Shown: piece after piece, positions 35,933-46,126 of the stretch | Position numbering within the stretch: the first letter of the stretch is position 1 | How the letters are laid out: the number at the start of each line of letters is the position of its first letter | Virus record (IMG/VR): IMGVR_UViG_3300028569_000046 | Coordinates: 1 to 52,529 of that record | DNA: 52,529 nucleotides | From: a virus | Lineage: Duplodnaviria > Caudoviricetes | Strand: one strand, 5' to 3' | Made by a program: the position numbers and the translations under genes | The notes under the pieces: model-generated | What the model saw: the letters and a program-made list of their open reading frames with translations, nothing else | Databases searched by the model: none | Told to the model about the DNA's origin: nothing

Positions 35933-36715
35933 ATGGCAAATGAATGGTCAGCTCCGGTGGCTAAAGGTGATTCGGTTTATCCTTACAACAGTGTAACTCA
36001 AACAAGAGCAGGTCACATTTTTGAAGTTGATGATACTCTTGGCAATGAACGAATATACCGTAAACACAAATCAGGTACAAGCGAAGAAATTAACGCAAAC
36101 GGTGAGCACACGCTGACAATTCTTGCCAATGGTTATAGAGTTGTGCTGGGTGATGATCATATGACTGTTAGCGGCAATGTGCAAATTACTGTAATGGGTG
36201 ATTGCAACACTGTTGTCAATGGCAATTATAATGTTGAAGTTAATGGTGATTATAATGAAACAATAAAGGGAACCAAAAGAACAAAAGTCGGAGCTCAAAT
36301 GCTTGCAGAAGTGACTGATGAGTATGCAATGAATATTGGCGGCGCTCAAAAAATTACAGTTCAAGGTGACCATAAACATACTGTAAACGGTGCAAGCGAA
36401 ACTTTTATAGGCGCGAGCAATAAATTGGAAATTCATGGCAACAGCAAAAGTGATGTTTATGGCGCCAATGAAATTACTGTTACAGGTGATAATAATACTC
36501 TTATAATAGGGTCAAATAAAACTGTCGCAAATCAAACCATATGGAGAAGTGCACAAGGAACGATAATTTCCGCAGGTTCATCTTTGGTTACAACAAGCAC
36601 TGGCGCAACAACAATTAACAGTGCAAACTTTACAAGTAAAAGCAAAGGTTCAACAACACTTGACAGTTCCGGTGCTGTTCAAATTAAAGGATCAACAATC
36701 AATTTGGATAATTAA
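35933..36715 (+). CDS. gp5: gp5 C-terminal beta-helix spike
   Basis: YPYN.V..T..GH.FE.DDT.G.ERI...H.SGT, VxG octapeptide repeats, ends INL. Confidence 0.88.
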   Translation: MANEWSAPVAKGDSVYPYNSVTQTRAGHIFEVDDTLGNERIYRKHKSGTSEEINANGEHTLTILANGYRVVLGDDHMTVSGNVQITVMGDCNTVVNGNYNVEVNGDYNETIKGTKRTKVGAQMLAEVTDEYAMNIGGAQKITVQGDHKHTVNGASETFIGASNKLEIHGNSKSDVYGANEITVTGDNNTLIIGSNKTVANQTIWRSAQGTIISAGSSLVTTSTGATTINSANFTSKSKGSTTLDSSGAVQIKGSTINLDN

Positions 36716-36717
36716 AT

Positions 36718-38628
36718 ATGGCCGTAACAATAACAACTCAACCGGTCAATTCTACCGTAGTTAAAAACCGAACAAATACACTTAGTGTATTTGCAACAAC
36801 AACTTCAGGTACATTAAATTACGATTGGTATGAAGACACCACAGTTGATGTTTTGCTACAAAGTGGAACATCGGCATCATTTACTCCGTTGCCATTAACA
36901 TTATCAAAAAGTTATTATGTTAAGGTATCAAGCAGCGCAGCACCAACAGTTTTTGTCACAAGCAATAGTGTAACAATTACAGTAATTGATCCGCCTGTAA
37001 TAAGCACTGAACCGTCGTCCGTAAATGTAAGAACAGGAGAAAGTGCAACATTATCAGTTGTCGTTGCACCAACGCCAAATCTTACTCCATATTCCTATCA
37101 ATGGTATCTTGGTTCTTCAGGTCTTAATGATAACCCTATTGTTGGTGCGACAAGTGCGTCATACACAAAGACCAATGTTCAAGAATCTTTTACTGCTTGG
37201 GTGCGAGTGTCAACGGCGGCCGATTATGTAAATTCAAACGGTGCACGTGTTACTGTAACAGAACCGTTATTTAATGATGACGAGGAAATTCGTCAACAAA
37301 AAAATGATGCATTAAGCGGTACTTTTGCGTCTGGTGACATGGATTCCATACTTTCATATTTTCCATTGGAATCAATAAATGCATTATCGCAAGCACAATC
37401 GTTGGCAGATTGCGCCAAAAATATTCCAAATCGTTTGATGGAAATGGCAATAAAATTTGCCACAGAAAAAGCTGAAAGCGCTTTAAGAGATTCCACTGGT
37501 CTTATATTTGAAGACTTACAACGGTTAAAGGATAGTTATGATAGAGTTCAAAAGATTGTAGAATACATTCAAAATTTTAACCTAAAAGAGCTTACATTGT
37601 TGGGTGCACTAAATGCACTACGATCATACACGGGAATTGATTTAATAGAAAAAACAAACAAGATAATAGATGATTTTGCCGCGGTAAGTGGTATATCAGG
37701 TATTGTTGAACAAGCATTAAATTCTGATTTTTGTAAGGTGACAAATTATAGTCTTGACGGTAAACCGCTTCCTGCTCTTACAAATATTCCATTGGGTGTT
37801 CCACCGTCAAGTGTAAGCGGTGTTGCAATTCCTGTAGGCACCGCAGAATATGATTCGGCTCCAAAAGATGAATATGATTCATTTACATTTCAATTAAAAG
37901 AATACACTGAAACTGATCAAACAGTATCGGCGTCTTATAGTGGAACAGATCAAGAAAATTATGTTTCGAGCATATCATATTTGCATACCATCGCGCTTGC
38001 ATATCATGATAAAATTGCCAAAACAGTTGATGATTCCAAAGATGCGGCATATCGCGCCGAATTTGATACATCAATAGCAAATACCGCGGCACAACATCCG
38101 TCCTGGTCAAATGATATTCTTACAGATTTTAATAATAGAGGAACAATAATATCTGATGTTATCTCTCGTAATGCACAAGTTATAAGAAACTTTTATACGC
38201 CAAGCGGATCGGGAGATTGGTTACCATGGTACATGAGTGCATACGGTCACGTCAAAGCAGATGACGGATCAACGTTGGACGCGACAACTGCGGATGATAT
38301 AGCATCAGGCAAAATTAAAGAAGAATGGCAATATTTGGGAAACAGAAACAACAAACTTGTAAAAGGTACAAGTGTTGCATCCAATTATTTTAAACACGGA
38401 ACTGTTCTTGATATAAGATTTGCCGACACAAAAGCACCTGTGGGAAGCGGCCGAGTACGAGTTGATGATACTGGAGGAATGTCCAAAAATGTACTTGATT
38501 ATTTTGTTGCTGGAGATACAATGTTGAAAAAACAAATTACAAGTGGTTCGAAAAACCAAGGGGGAAAAACAAAACCATCATATACAACACCTATTGAAAT
38601 AAGAATCGTAAGCGGAGGTCCTAAATAA
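36718..38628 (+). CDS. virion protein with 2 Ig-like domains and a C-terminal 3D-like domain
   Basis: ITTQP/ISTEP..YQWY..GATSASY; SVASN.F..GT.LDI..RVDDTGG..VLDYF. Confidence 0.65.
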   Translation: MAVTITTQPVNSTVVKNRTNTLSVFATTTSGTLNYDWYEDTTVDVLLQSGTSASFTPLPLTLSKSYYVKVSSSAAPTVFVTSNSVTITVIDPPVISTEPSSVNVRTGESATLSVVVAPTPNLTPYSYQWYLGSSGLNDNPIVGATSASYTKTNVQESFTAWVRVSTAADYVNSNGARVTVTEPLFNDDEEIRQQKNDALSGTFASGDMDSILSYFPLESINALSQAQSLADCAKNIPNRLMEMAIKFATEKAESALRDSTGLIFEDLQRLKDSYDRVQKIVEYIQNFNLKELTLLGALNALRSYTGIDLIEKTNKIIDDFAAVSGISGIVEQALNSDFCKVTNYSLDGKPLPALTNIPLGVPPSSVSGVAIPVGTAEYDSAPKDEYDSFTFQLKEYTETDQTVSASYSGTDQENYVSSISYLHTIALAYHDKIAKTVDDSKDAAYRAEFDTSIANTAAQHPSWSNDILTDFNNRGTIISDVISRNAQVIRNFYTPSGSGDWLPWYMSAYGHVKADDGSTLDATTADDIASGKIKEEWQYLGNRNNKLVKGTSVASNYFKHGTVLDIRFADTKAPVGSGRVRVDDTGGMSKNVLDYFVAGDTMLKKQITSGSKNQGGKTKPSYTTPIEIRIVSGGPK

Positions 38629-38643
38629 CCGCTAACTTTTTTG

Positions 38644-38651
38644 TATAAATA
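38644..38651 (+). promoter_or_regulatory. T4-type late promoter
   Basis: TATAAATA 8 nt before ATG. Confidence 0.8.
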
Positions 38652-38659
38652 GTAATGTA

Positions 38660-39097
38660 ATGAGTTTGAAACTTTCAGATTTTAATGAACGCGGTAAAAA
38701 ATCCAGTAATATTTCGCGAGGAAATGTATACAGTGATTTGGATTTATCATTCAATGTTCACCCTACAACAAATGATATAAAACCTGTTCTTGATATTGCC
38801 GCTGTTAAAAATTCCATTAGTAATCTTGTTCAAACAAGTTTTCTTGAGCGACCGTTTCATCCAGAAATTGGCGCAGGTATAAGAGCATTACTATTTGAAC
38901 CAGTAGATTTATTTACGGCATTATCATTAAAAGATACCATTACAACCGTAATTAGTGAATTTGAACCGCGAGTTAAAAATGTTACAGTTCAAATTCAAGA
39001 TGATAGTGAAAGAAACGCATACGTTATTACAATAGGATTTGTTGTTTTTAACAACCGCAATGAACAATTTGAATTGTATTTAAGCAGATTAAGATAA
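38660..39097 (+). CDS. gp25: baseplate wedge subunit
   Basis: YSDLDLSF..HP, AVKNSI.NL, ERPF.P..G, FEPRV, ends L.RLR. Confidence 0.93.
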   Translation: MSLKLSDFNERGKKSSNISRGNVYSDLDLSFNVHPTTNDIKPVLDIAAVKNSISNLVQTSFLERPFHPEIGAGIRALLFEPVDLFTALSLKDTITTVISEFEPRVKNVTVQIQDDSERNAYVITIGFVVFNNRNEQFELYLSRLR

Positions 39098-39102
39098 AAA
39101 AT

Positions 39103-41061
39103 ATGGCAAATTTACAAAAACGCTTGGACGTTACCGAATTGGATTTTGATAGCATCAAATCCAATCTTATAACTTATTTTAAAAATACCGAACCATTTAA
39201 AGATTATGATTATTCAGGATCTGGATTAAATCAATTGTTGGATGTATTGTCATATAACACGCATTATAATGCCATGTTGGCACACACTGCTGTCAACGAA
39301 AGCTTTATTGATACAGCTCAATTAAGAAGCAGCGTTGTTTCAAATGCCAAACTTTTAGGATATGTTCCACGAAGCAAAACGGCGCCATCAATTAATGTTA
39401 AAGTTGAATTTGGTATGGCAACAAGCCCCCCTAATCCTAATACATACATTACATTACCAAGAGGATCTAATTTTAAAACAACCTACGGTGATGATTCGTA
39501 CATTTATACAACATTGGATGATCACAAATTGGAAATTGATGCATCATCAAGATATACAGGCACTAATATTTTATTAAGAGAAGGTTCATTAAGAAGAAAC
39601 AGATTTGCTCTTTCAAATTCCAATGATAAAAACGTATATCAAATTGATGATGACAACATTGATATAAGCACAATGATTGTACGTGTGTACGACCACGTGA
39701 ACGCTTCATCATTCGAAGTATATAGAAATTTTACAACGCTTCAATTAACCAATGAGTCAAACTTGGCCGTTGCATCGATTTATTTTCTTTCTGAGAATGC
39801 ATACGGTAAATATCAAATATCATTTAGTAACACAGGAACATTTGGCAAAAGACCGCCAAATTTGGGAATTGTTGAAATTGAATATTTAACAACAACAGGT
39901 TCATCATCCAACGGTGCAAAAACTTTTAAATATGTAGGACCTACAATTCTTTATGCATCATCACAATCAAACGTGACAGCAATGTCTACAATTGATGCCA
40001 ACGGAACTGTCGTTTTTGAAAAATCGTTTGGTGGCAATGAAAAAGAAAGTATTGATAGTATCCGATTAAGCGCACCTGCATCATTTGTTACACAAAACAG
40101 AGCTGTAACAGCAAACGATTATAAATCATTAATTTATTCTAATTTTTCAATTGCAAAAAGTATTGCAGTATGGGGCGGTGAAAATAATGTTCCTCCACAA
40201 TACGGAAATGTTTACATAAGTATTCAACCGCAAACGGAAGAAGAAAATGGTGTAACTCTTACTCCGGGTGAAAAACAAGCAGTATTGAATTTTTTGGATT
40301 CTAAAAAAATATTATCCATATCTCCTGTGTTGGTAGATCCGCAACGTATTACACTTGTTCTTGATGTTCTTTTTAAATACAATAACAACCTTAGTGTACT
40401 TTCAAAAAATCAATTGGAAAATAAAGTATATAATGTTATTGATGCCTTTAATCGTGATTATTTGGATTCATTCGAAAAGGTATTTAGACATTCGACATTA
40501 TTACAATCAATTGATACTAGTGATCTTGCAATTCTTAACAGTTTGGTTCGAGTATTTGTATCCAAAAAAATTGATATTAAATCGGAACAAACAATCAACA
40601 ATCAAACATTACAACCTGAAAGAATTGTAGTAGATTTTGGTACACCTCTTACAGTATTGGACGGTAAAACAATTGCGGCGTTTCAAGGCTATTCATATAG
40701 AGGAAGAACAATTTATCTTGGAGATGAACCGTCCAATGTTGCAAACATTAGGAATATTTTCAAATATACATTGGAAAATGGCTCTGTCAGTAAATTTAAA
40801 AATGTTAATGGAATTGAGGATCGTCCTATTGGCACCATAGATTTGGACGCTGGAATATTAACACTTGATTCTTTGGAAGCAGATGATGATGTTACCGTAT
40901 ACATTGATGTAATTCCAGAGTCAAATGACGTTGCACCAAAACGCAATCAAGTGCTTACCATTGATATGGATCGTCTAAGCCTTACAGCCGACGTTGACAT
41001 TATTGCTTCCGGCGGATCAAGCCGAGCAGTTGATTATCAATCATTTTCACGCGAAAGATAA
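39103..41061 (+). CDS. gp6: baseplate wedge subunit
   Basis: ELDFD.IK.NL, DY.Y.GS.L..LLD.L.YNTHY, QNRAVT..DY and WGGE. Confidence 0.95.
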   Translation: MANLQKRLDVTELDFDSIKSNLITYFKNTEPFKDYDYSGSGLNQLLDVLSYNTHYNAMLAHTAVNESFIDTAQLRSSVVSNAKLLGYVPRSKTAPSINVKVEFGMATSPPNPNTYITLPRGSNFKTTYGDDSYIYTTLDDHKLEIDASSRYTGTNILLREGSLRRNRFALSNSNDKNVYQIDDDNIDISTMIVRVYDHVNASSFEVYRNFTTLQLTNESNLAVASIYFLSENAYGKYQISFSNTGTFGKRPPNLGIVEIEYLTTTGSSSNGAKTFKYVGPTILYASSQSNVTAMSTIDANGTVVFEKSFGGNEKESIDSIRLSAPASFVTQNRAVTANDYKSLIYSNFSIAKSIAVWGGENNVPPQYGNVYISIQPQTEEENGVTLTPGEKQAVLNFLDSKKILSISPVLVDPQRITLVLDVLFKYNNNLSVLSKNQLENKVYNVIDAFNRDYLDSFEKVFRHSTLLQSIDTSDLAILNSLVRVFVSKKIDIKSEQTINNQTLQPERIVVDFGTPLTVLDGKTIAAFQGYSYRGRTIYLGDEPSNVANIRNIFKYTLENGSVSKFKNVNGIEDRPIGTIDLDAGILTLDSLEADDDVTVYIDVIPESNDVAPKRNQVLTIDMDRLSLTADVDIIASGGSSRAVDYQSFSRER

Positions 41062-41064
41062 AAA

Positions 41065-42252
41065 ATGTTATTCAGTATAGCCAACGCCACACCAAGAAAT
41101 GTTGAAAGCTATGGAGTAAACACTCTGTTGCCTGAAACTATTCGTGGTAATGCCGAAAAGTTGGTCCAATTTTTGGACGAATATTATAATTATTTAAACA
41201 GTGTCGGCGGCCCGTCGTTGGAAATAAGCAGTGTTTTATTGAATAAAGATTTGGATATTGTTTCACTGAAATATCTTGATTCAATTCAAAATCTTATTGC
41301 CTCAAATGTTCCCAATTCTCGAGTTCTTGATCGTGTATCATTATATAAAATAATTGTAAAATACTACAACAGCAGAGGTAGTGAAGATAATATTCTTACA
41401 CTATTTAAAATACTGTTTAACGAAACTGCCAGCATTCGTTATCCTAAGGAGCTTTTATTTGAACCGTCGAGTTCACCCGAAAAATCCTTTCCGTCTCATA
41501 CATCAAAAATTCAAGACAGTTATTATTGGCAGCACTTTTCATATGTAGTTCGCGCATCACTTGATACCTCATTATGGTCTGATGCATTTAATAATTTTAT
41601 GCACCCAGCGGGTCTTAAAATGTTTTATGAGCTTGCAGTTCAATTATTTGCACCAAACACTTTTGATTCCAAAAAAATACCAACTTTTAATATTGTTGAT
41701 GACAATACAGATTGGATCAAACGGTTGGAGCTGACTTATCCTGGTCAACATACACCAATATATCAACCTGGTTGGATACGCGAATTGCTTCTTAGGTTTC
41801 TTTTTCAAGCGGATTCACGACCTGTCGGTTGGCCGCATGTTTCAACAGAACAAGCATATTTTATTCTTGCGGTATTAACAATTATTATTCAATCCAGCAA
41901 TAGTAGAAATTCTCTTGTTCGCGCTGATTATGATTATCATGGCTTTAAATTTATTGACGAATGTACTTTAAAGGACTGTGGATTTCTAAATAAAACAATA
42001 TTTGAAGCAAATGAACCGTACAGCGAAACCAACGGTTGTAAGTTTTTAAACCTTTCAACATATATTACATCAGGAATTGTAATATTTAATGGAAATTATG
42101 CATTGACACTTAACGGTAAGGCGCTAACATTTGATAATGGTTCGGACCAATCTCCTGTGCTGACATTTAATGCTGAACCGCACAACACGTTGCTGCATCA
42201 AAACCGTGAATATGCACAATTCCAAGATCGCGATTATATACAATTAGGATAA
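41065..42252 (+). CDS. baseplate wedge protein (gp7-like)
   Basis: FL.EYY, Y.SRGSE..LFK.LF, IQDSYYWQ.FSY and HPAG.K. Confidence 0.7.
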   Translation: MLFSIANATPRNVESYGVNTLLPETIRGNAEKLVQFLDEYYNYLNSVGGPSLEISSVLLNKDLDIVSLKYLDSIQNLIASNVPNSRVLDRVSLYKIIVKYYNSRGSEDNILTLFKILFNETASIRYPKELLFEPSSSPEKSFPSHTSKIQDSYYWQHFSYVVRASLDTSLWSDAFNNFMHPAGLKMFYELAVQLFAPNTFDSKKIPTFNIVDDNTDWIKRLELTYPGQHTPIYQPGWIRELLLRFLFQADSRPVGWPHVSTEQAYFILAVLTIIIQSSNSRNSLVRADYDYHGFKFIDECTLKDCGFLNKTIFEANEPYSETNGCKFLNLSTYITSGIVIFNGNYALTLNGKALTFDNGSDQSPVLTFNAEPHNTLLHQNREYAQFQDRDYIQLG

Positions 42253-42260
42253 TATAAATA
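42253..42260 (+). promoter_or_regulatory. T4-type late promoter
   Basis: TATAAATA 8 nt before ATG. Confidence 0.75.
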
Positions 42261-42268
42261 CAACATAT

Positions 42269-44704
42269 ATGCATTTAGGAAATTCAAAAACTGTTACAGA
42301 ACTTAGTTCAATTGGATCTGCCGCTTTGGCCGCTGATGATCTTTTCACTTTTGTTGATGTATCCGATACAACATTTGCTCCAACTGGTACCAATAAGAAA
42401 ATTACTTCCACAAAATTGGCAAGTGAAATTATTGCTTTGGCTGATGATTTAAGCGCGATTACAGGGCCAGTGGGACCTAAAGGCGATACGGGGCTTACGG
42501 GAGCTAAAGGTGATAAAGGTGATACGGGGCTTAAAGGTGATACAGGTGCTTCGGGAACAGTCACTGTTGACGAAACAACAATAGTAAAGGATCCTACTTC
42601 TGGTATACTTTCGGTTGGAGTTATAGCTGAAGCTAATATCGGAACAGATGCTGTAAATACAAATGCAATAATCAATGATGGTGTTACATTTGATAAAATT
42701 CAAAATATCAATGCAAATCAAATTTTAGGAAGAAGAACTTCCGGATCAGGAAACGTTGAATTGCTTAACCTTGATACCAATTTATCAAACCCAATATCTG
42801 GTCATTCCAGTGTGCCTACATCAACTGCGATTCAAAATTATCTTAATACAAATAGTAATCCATGGGGCACATTTGGTGGTAATAGTGTAAACGCCGCTGT
42901 TTCGACTCGATCAATTGATACAGCAATTGCGACAATTACATTAACTGCTCATGGTTTTGTCAATGGTAATAACATTGTTGTAACCACACCATATCCATCG
43001 ACGGGAACAGCAATTATTCCTGTGGGAACATACGCTGTTACCAAAACAAATGATAATGTTTTTACAATACCGACCGTTAGCACTGCTGCTATTGATTCCG
43101 CTGGTGTCATCGAAATTGAAAGAAATCCTAATGGAATTGAAAGAGCGACAAGTTCATTTTACCGCACCGTATCTTTTATTTCAAAAAATGGAGGATTGTA
43201 CTCCGGTGGTTATGGAGGAGGGGAATCAATCCAAGGGCCAAACAATAATGCAACATATATTGGAGAGCATCGCCCGTTAATGGTTCCGTTGGCTTCTGGT
43301 GAAAAAATAGTAAACATTTATTCAGGTGGTATTGATGATCCATCAATGTATTTACTTACAGACGCCGGAAATGTATATTCAAGTGGTTATAACGGTTACG
43401 GTCAATTAGGAGTTGGAGACGCCGTTGATAGAACTACATTTCAGAAAATAACAACATTTCCATTTGGCGATCCTGTTGTTTGGTTTTCCCCAATGTCTGG
43501 TATAGCACGGAATGCAATTTCTTGCGGTGCAGTTACTGCAAGCGGTAAACTTTATATGTGGGGCTTTGGTGATGATCAATCATTAGGTCTTGGTAATTCT
43601 AATAATTATTATACTCCTCAACGAGTTGTCACAGCCAAGTTTGAAAAAGCCTTAGTTGGAGCTCGAAGTGCTGGTACTGCATTTGCAACAATTACATTGA
43701 CAGCACACGGTTTGCAGACAGGTGATAATATTGATGTAACAAAGGCATTTTCAACAATTATTCCTACGCGAACATACGCTGTTACCAGAACGGACGCTGA
43801 TACTTTTACAATACCAACTGTTTCCACCACTGCTGCTATTACAAATACAACATCGCCCGCTCTGCCTAATAGTATCGACTATACAGCATTAACAACCAAT
43901 ATAAGTTTTAGAAAGGTTTTTACACATGCCCATCATAATTTTTCATATGCCATAGACAACAATAATAAAGTTTATTCATGTGGTTATAACAATGTCGGAC
44001 AATTAGGTCATGGAGACGCGATTCGAAGAAACCTTTTTACTTTGGTTCCAGGCAGACTTGCTGACGATATATTATTATCGCACGGTGACTATAGATCCTC
44101 CGCATATATTATACGCAGCGGTGAAATATGGTCTTGCGGATATAACGCTTACGGTCAATTGGGACGCGGTGATAATTTTAATAAAAGTACCTTTGGACAA
44201 ATAAATTTGGGAAACGGTAATACTTGTGCACAACTTTCATTGGGTGGTTGGAATGGAACAAATGTGATTTGTAGACAAACCAATGGAGCAGTAAAAACAT
44301 GGGGCTATAACGCTAACGGCCAATTAGGTACCAATAATACCACAGATCAAAATACTCCTGAAACACCAATAGGTTTTACAGGAACCGCATTAAAAGTAGA
44401 AACACATGATAATTATACTGTCACGGCAATTCTTAAAAGTGATGGTACAATTTGGACAACTGGTTATAACGGTTACGGCCAATGCGGTCGCGGTGACAAT
44501 GAAACAAAAAAGTCCTTTGGGCAAATAATAATGGATGGTAATTTAAGCTTTAAAGACATATCACTTTTTGGATACAATAGTGGAACCGTTCTTGTTGCAG
44601 TTGATCAAAATGATAATTTGTGGGGTGCGGGATATGCCGGAGACTATATGTTAGGTTTGGATCTTACAAATTCTACCATTCTTAGAAAAATTTCAATCGT
44701 ATAA
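42269..44704 (+). CDS. fibre/receptor-binding protein with a collagen-like segment and RCC1-like repeats
   Basis: G-X-Y run at about 42463-42555; repeated GYNxYGQLG motifs. Confidence 0.8.
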   Translation: MHLGNSKTVTELSSIGSAALAADDLFTFVDVSDTTFAPTGTNKKITSTKLASEIIALADDLSAITGPVGPKGDTGLTGAKGDKGDTGLKGDTGASGTVTVDETTIVKDPTSGILSVGVIAEANIGTDAVNTNAIINDGVTFDKIQNINANQILGRRTSGSGNVELLNLDTNLSNPISGHSSVPTSTAIQNYLNTNSNPWGTFGGNSVNAAVSTRSIDTAIATITLTAHGFVNGNNIVVTTPYPSTGTAIIPVGTYAVTKTNDNVFTIPTVSTAAIDSAGVIEIERNPNGIERATSSFYRTVSFISKNGGLYSGGYGGGESIQGPNNNATYIGEHRPLMVPLASGEKIVNIYSGGIDDPSMYLLTDAGNVYSSGYNGYGQLGVGDAVDRTTFQKITTFPFGDPVVWFSPMSGIARNAISCGAVTASGKLYMWGFGDDQSLGLGNSNNYYTPQRVVTAKFEKALVGARSAGTAFATITLTAHGLQTGDNIDVTKAFSTIIPTRTYAVTRTDADTFTIPTVSTTAAITNTTSPALPNSIDYTALTTNISFRKVFTHAHHNFSYAIDNNNKVYSCGYNNVGQLGHGDAIRRNLFTLVPGRLADDILLSHGDYRSSAYIIRSGEIWSCGYNAYGQLGRGDNFNKSTFGQINLGNGNTCAQLSLGGWNGTNVICRQTNGAVKTWGYNANGQLGTNNTTDQNTPETPIGFTGTALKVETHDNYTVTAILKSDGTIWTTGYNGYGQCGRGDNETKKSFGQIIMDGNLSFKDISLFGYNSGTVLVAVDQNDNLWGAGYAGDYMLGLDLTNSTILRKISIV

Positions 44705-44706
44705 CA

Positions 44707-44714
44707 TATAAATA
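44707..44714 (+). promoter_or_regulatory. T4-type late promoter
   Basis: TATAAATA 5 nt before ATG. Confidence 0.75.
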
Positions 44715-44719
44715 GTACT

Positions 44720-46126
44720 ATGTCAGCAATTATAACAGAAAACTTTCGCAGAAATAATACACGATTATTTTTAAACGATATATCAGCTCGAACAAATGGT
44801 AAATATTACCTTGGTATTGGTAAACAGGATCGTTGGGATAATGATGAAGAAAATATAAATTTCAGCGTTCCTGTTGCCGTAGGTACACAAGCGGATGCGT
44901 TGGAAGTACTTAATAATCTTAGTACTTTGGTTTCTTTAAATGCCTTAACAGGTGTTGGAAGAGTTATACCGGCCGTGGCTTGGAAAAGTGGTAATACATA
45001 TCAAACTTACAGCTCATACAACAATGAGACTTTTTATCCGTCGGGTAATTTACAACCATGTTATGTTACTATAAACGGAGCAATCTTCCTATGCATTAAA
45101 GCTGGATCAAGCATGTCGACCGTTCAACCTACAGTTCAATCATCCAAATACGCACCATTTACTTTAAGTGGTGATGGTTATACATGGGTTTTGGTCCAAG
45201 AAACGCCAAATACACAAATTGTCAGAACCAATACATTTACTGATATTCGTACTACAAAATTAACTGGAACCGAAGAAATCAATTCAATCACACAATGCGG
45301 AGGTGTTGTTACCGGTTTTACCATTATTGATGGAGGCGAAGGATATACTACCACAGGATCTGTTTTGAAATTAAGAGTAAATGATGGTTTTACTTCTACT
45401 AATCGCAGCACAACAAGTGTAACTTTAAATTTTACCGTTGGTACAGATGGAGCGATTAACAGTGTATCTTTTCCTCCAGGTTGGCCCGCATACAGCGGAA
45501 CAAGAACAAATGCGGCAATAGGCGCATTATTTGCATCAATTGAATTTACTGGAAGTGGAAGTGGAGCAAAAATTGTTCCTACAATAGCTCCACCCAAAGG
45601 TTTTGCATATGATCCATCGGCCGTAATGCCTTCATGGTTTGCTGGTCTTTCAATAAGTCTCGATGATAGTATTTCAGGTGATAACTTTTATTCGCGTTAT
45701 AGACAAATATCAATTGTCAAAAACCCTACAGTTGCATCTGGACAAGAAAGTGCAGGAACATTAAATGCATTAAAATATATTAATTTTCCTGATACTACTG
45801 ATGTTGACAGTTTGTCTGTTGATAATAATTCTTCTGTTTTAAAAAATGCAGCCGGTGAAGTAATAGGATATGCCGATAAATTAATTACAACAACGGGTGC
45901 AAAAAAATTATATTTTCATCAAAACTTAAGCAGCGGATATAGAGAACTACCACAAAGTGGATTTATTGAGGTTGGTTCTGGTTCTACCGAATATGTTTAT
46001 ACTTCTATAAATAATGGTGAGTTTATAAACGACGGTAATGCCGAAGTATTATTTACTGAAAATCGTTCATTTATTACACGCGCTTCTGGTCAAACCGAAG
46101 ATTTAATTCTTATAATTCAATTCTAA
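44720..46126 (+). CDS. gp8: baseplate wedge subunit
   Basis: MSAIIT..FR, Y.GIG, DGY.W, YRQI.IVKNP and ENR..ITR...QTED....IQF. Confidence 0.88.
   Translation: MSAIITENFRRNNTRLFLNDISARTNGKYYLGIGKQDRWDNDEENINFSVPVAVGTQADALEVLNNLSTLVSLNALTGVGRVIPAVAWKSGNTYQTYSSYNNETFYPSGNLQPCYVTINGAIFLCIKAGSSMSTVQPTVQSSKYAPFTLSGDGYTWVLVQETPNTQIVRTNTFTDIRTTKLTGTEEINSITQCGGVVTGFTIIDGGEGYTTTGSVLKLRVNDGFTSTNRSTTSVTLNFTVGTDGAINSVSFPPGWPAYSGTRTNAAIGALFASIEFTGSGSGAKIVPTIAPPKGFAYDPSAVMPSWFAGLSISLDDSISGDNFYSRYRQISIVKNPTVASGQESAGTLNALKYINFPDTTDVDSLSVDNNSSVLKNAAGEVIGYADKLITTTGAKKLYFHQNLSSGYRELPQSGFIEVGSGSTEYVYTSINNGEFINDGNAEVLFTENRSFITRASGQTEDLILIIQF

Noticed and set aside
35916-35935. Read-through joining the two gp5 parts
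   Set aside because: Tandem TAA TAA stops, different frames and no canonical slippery heptamer
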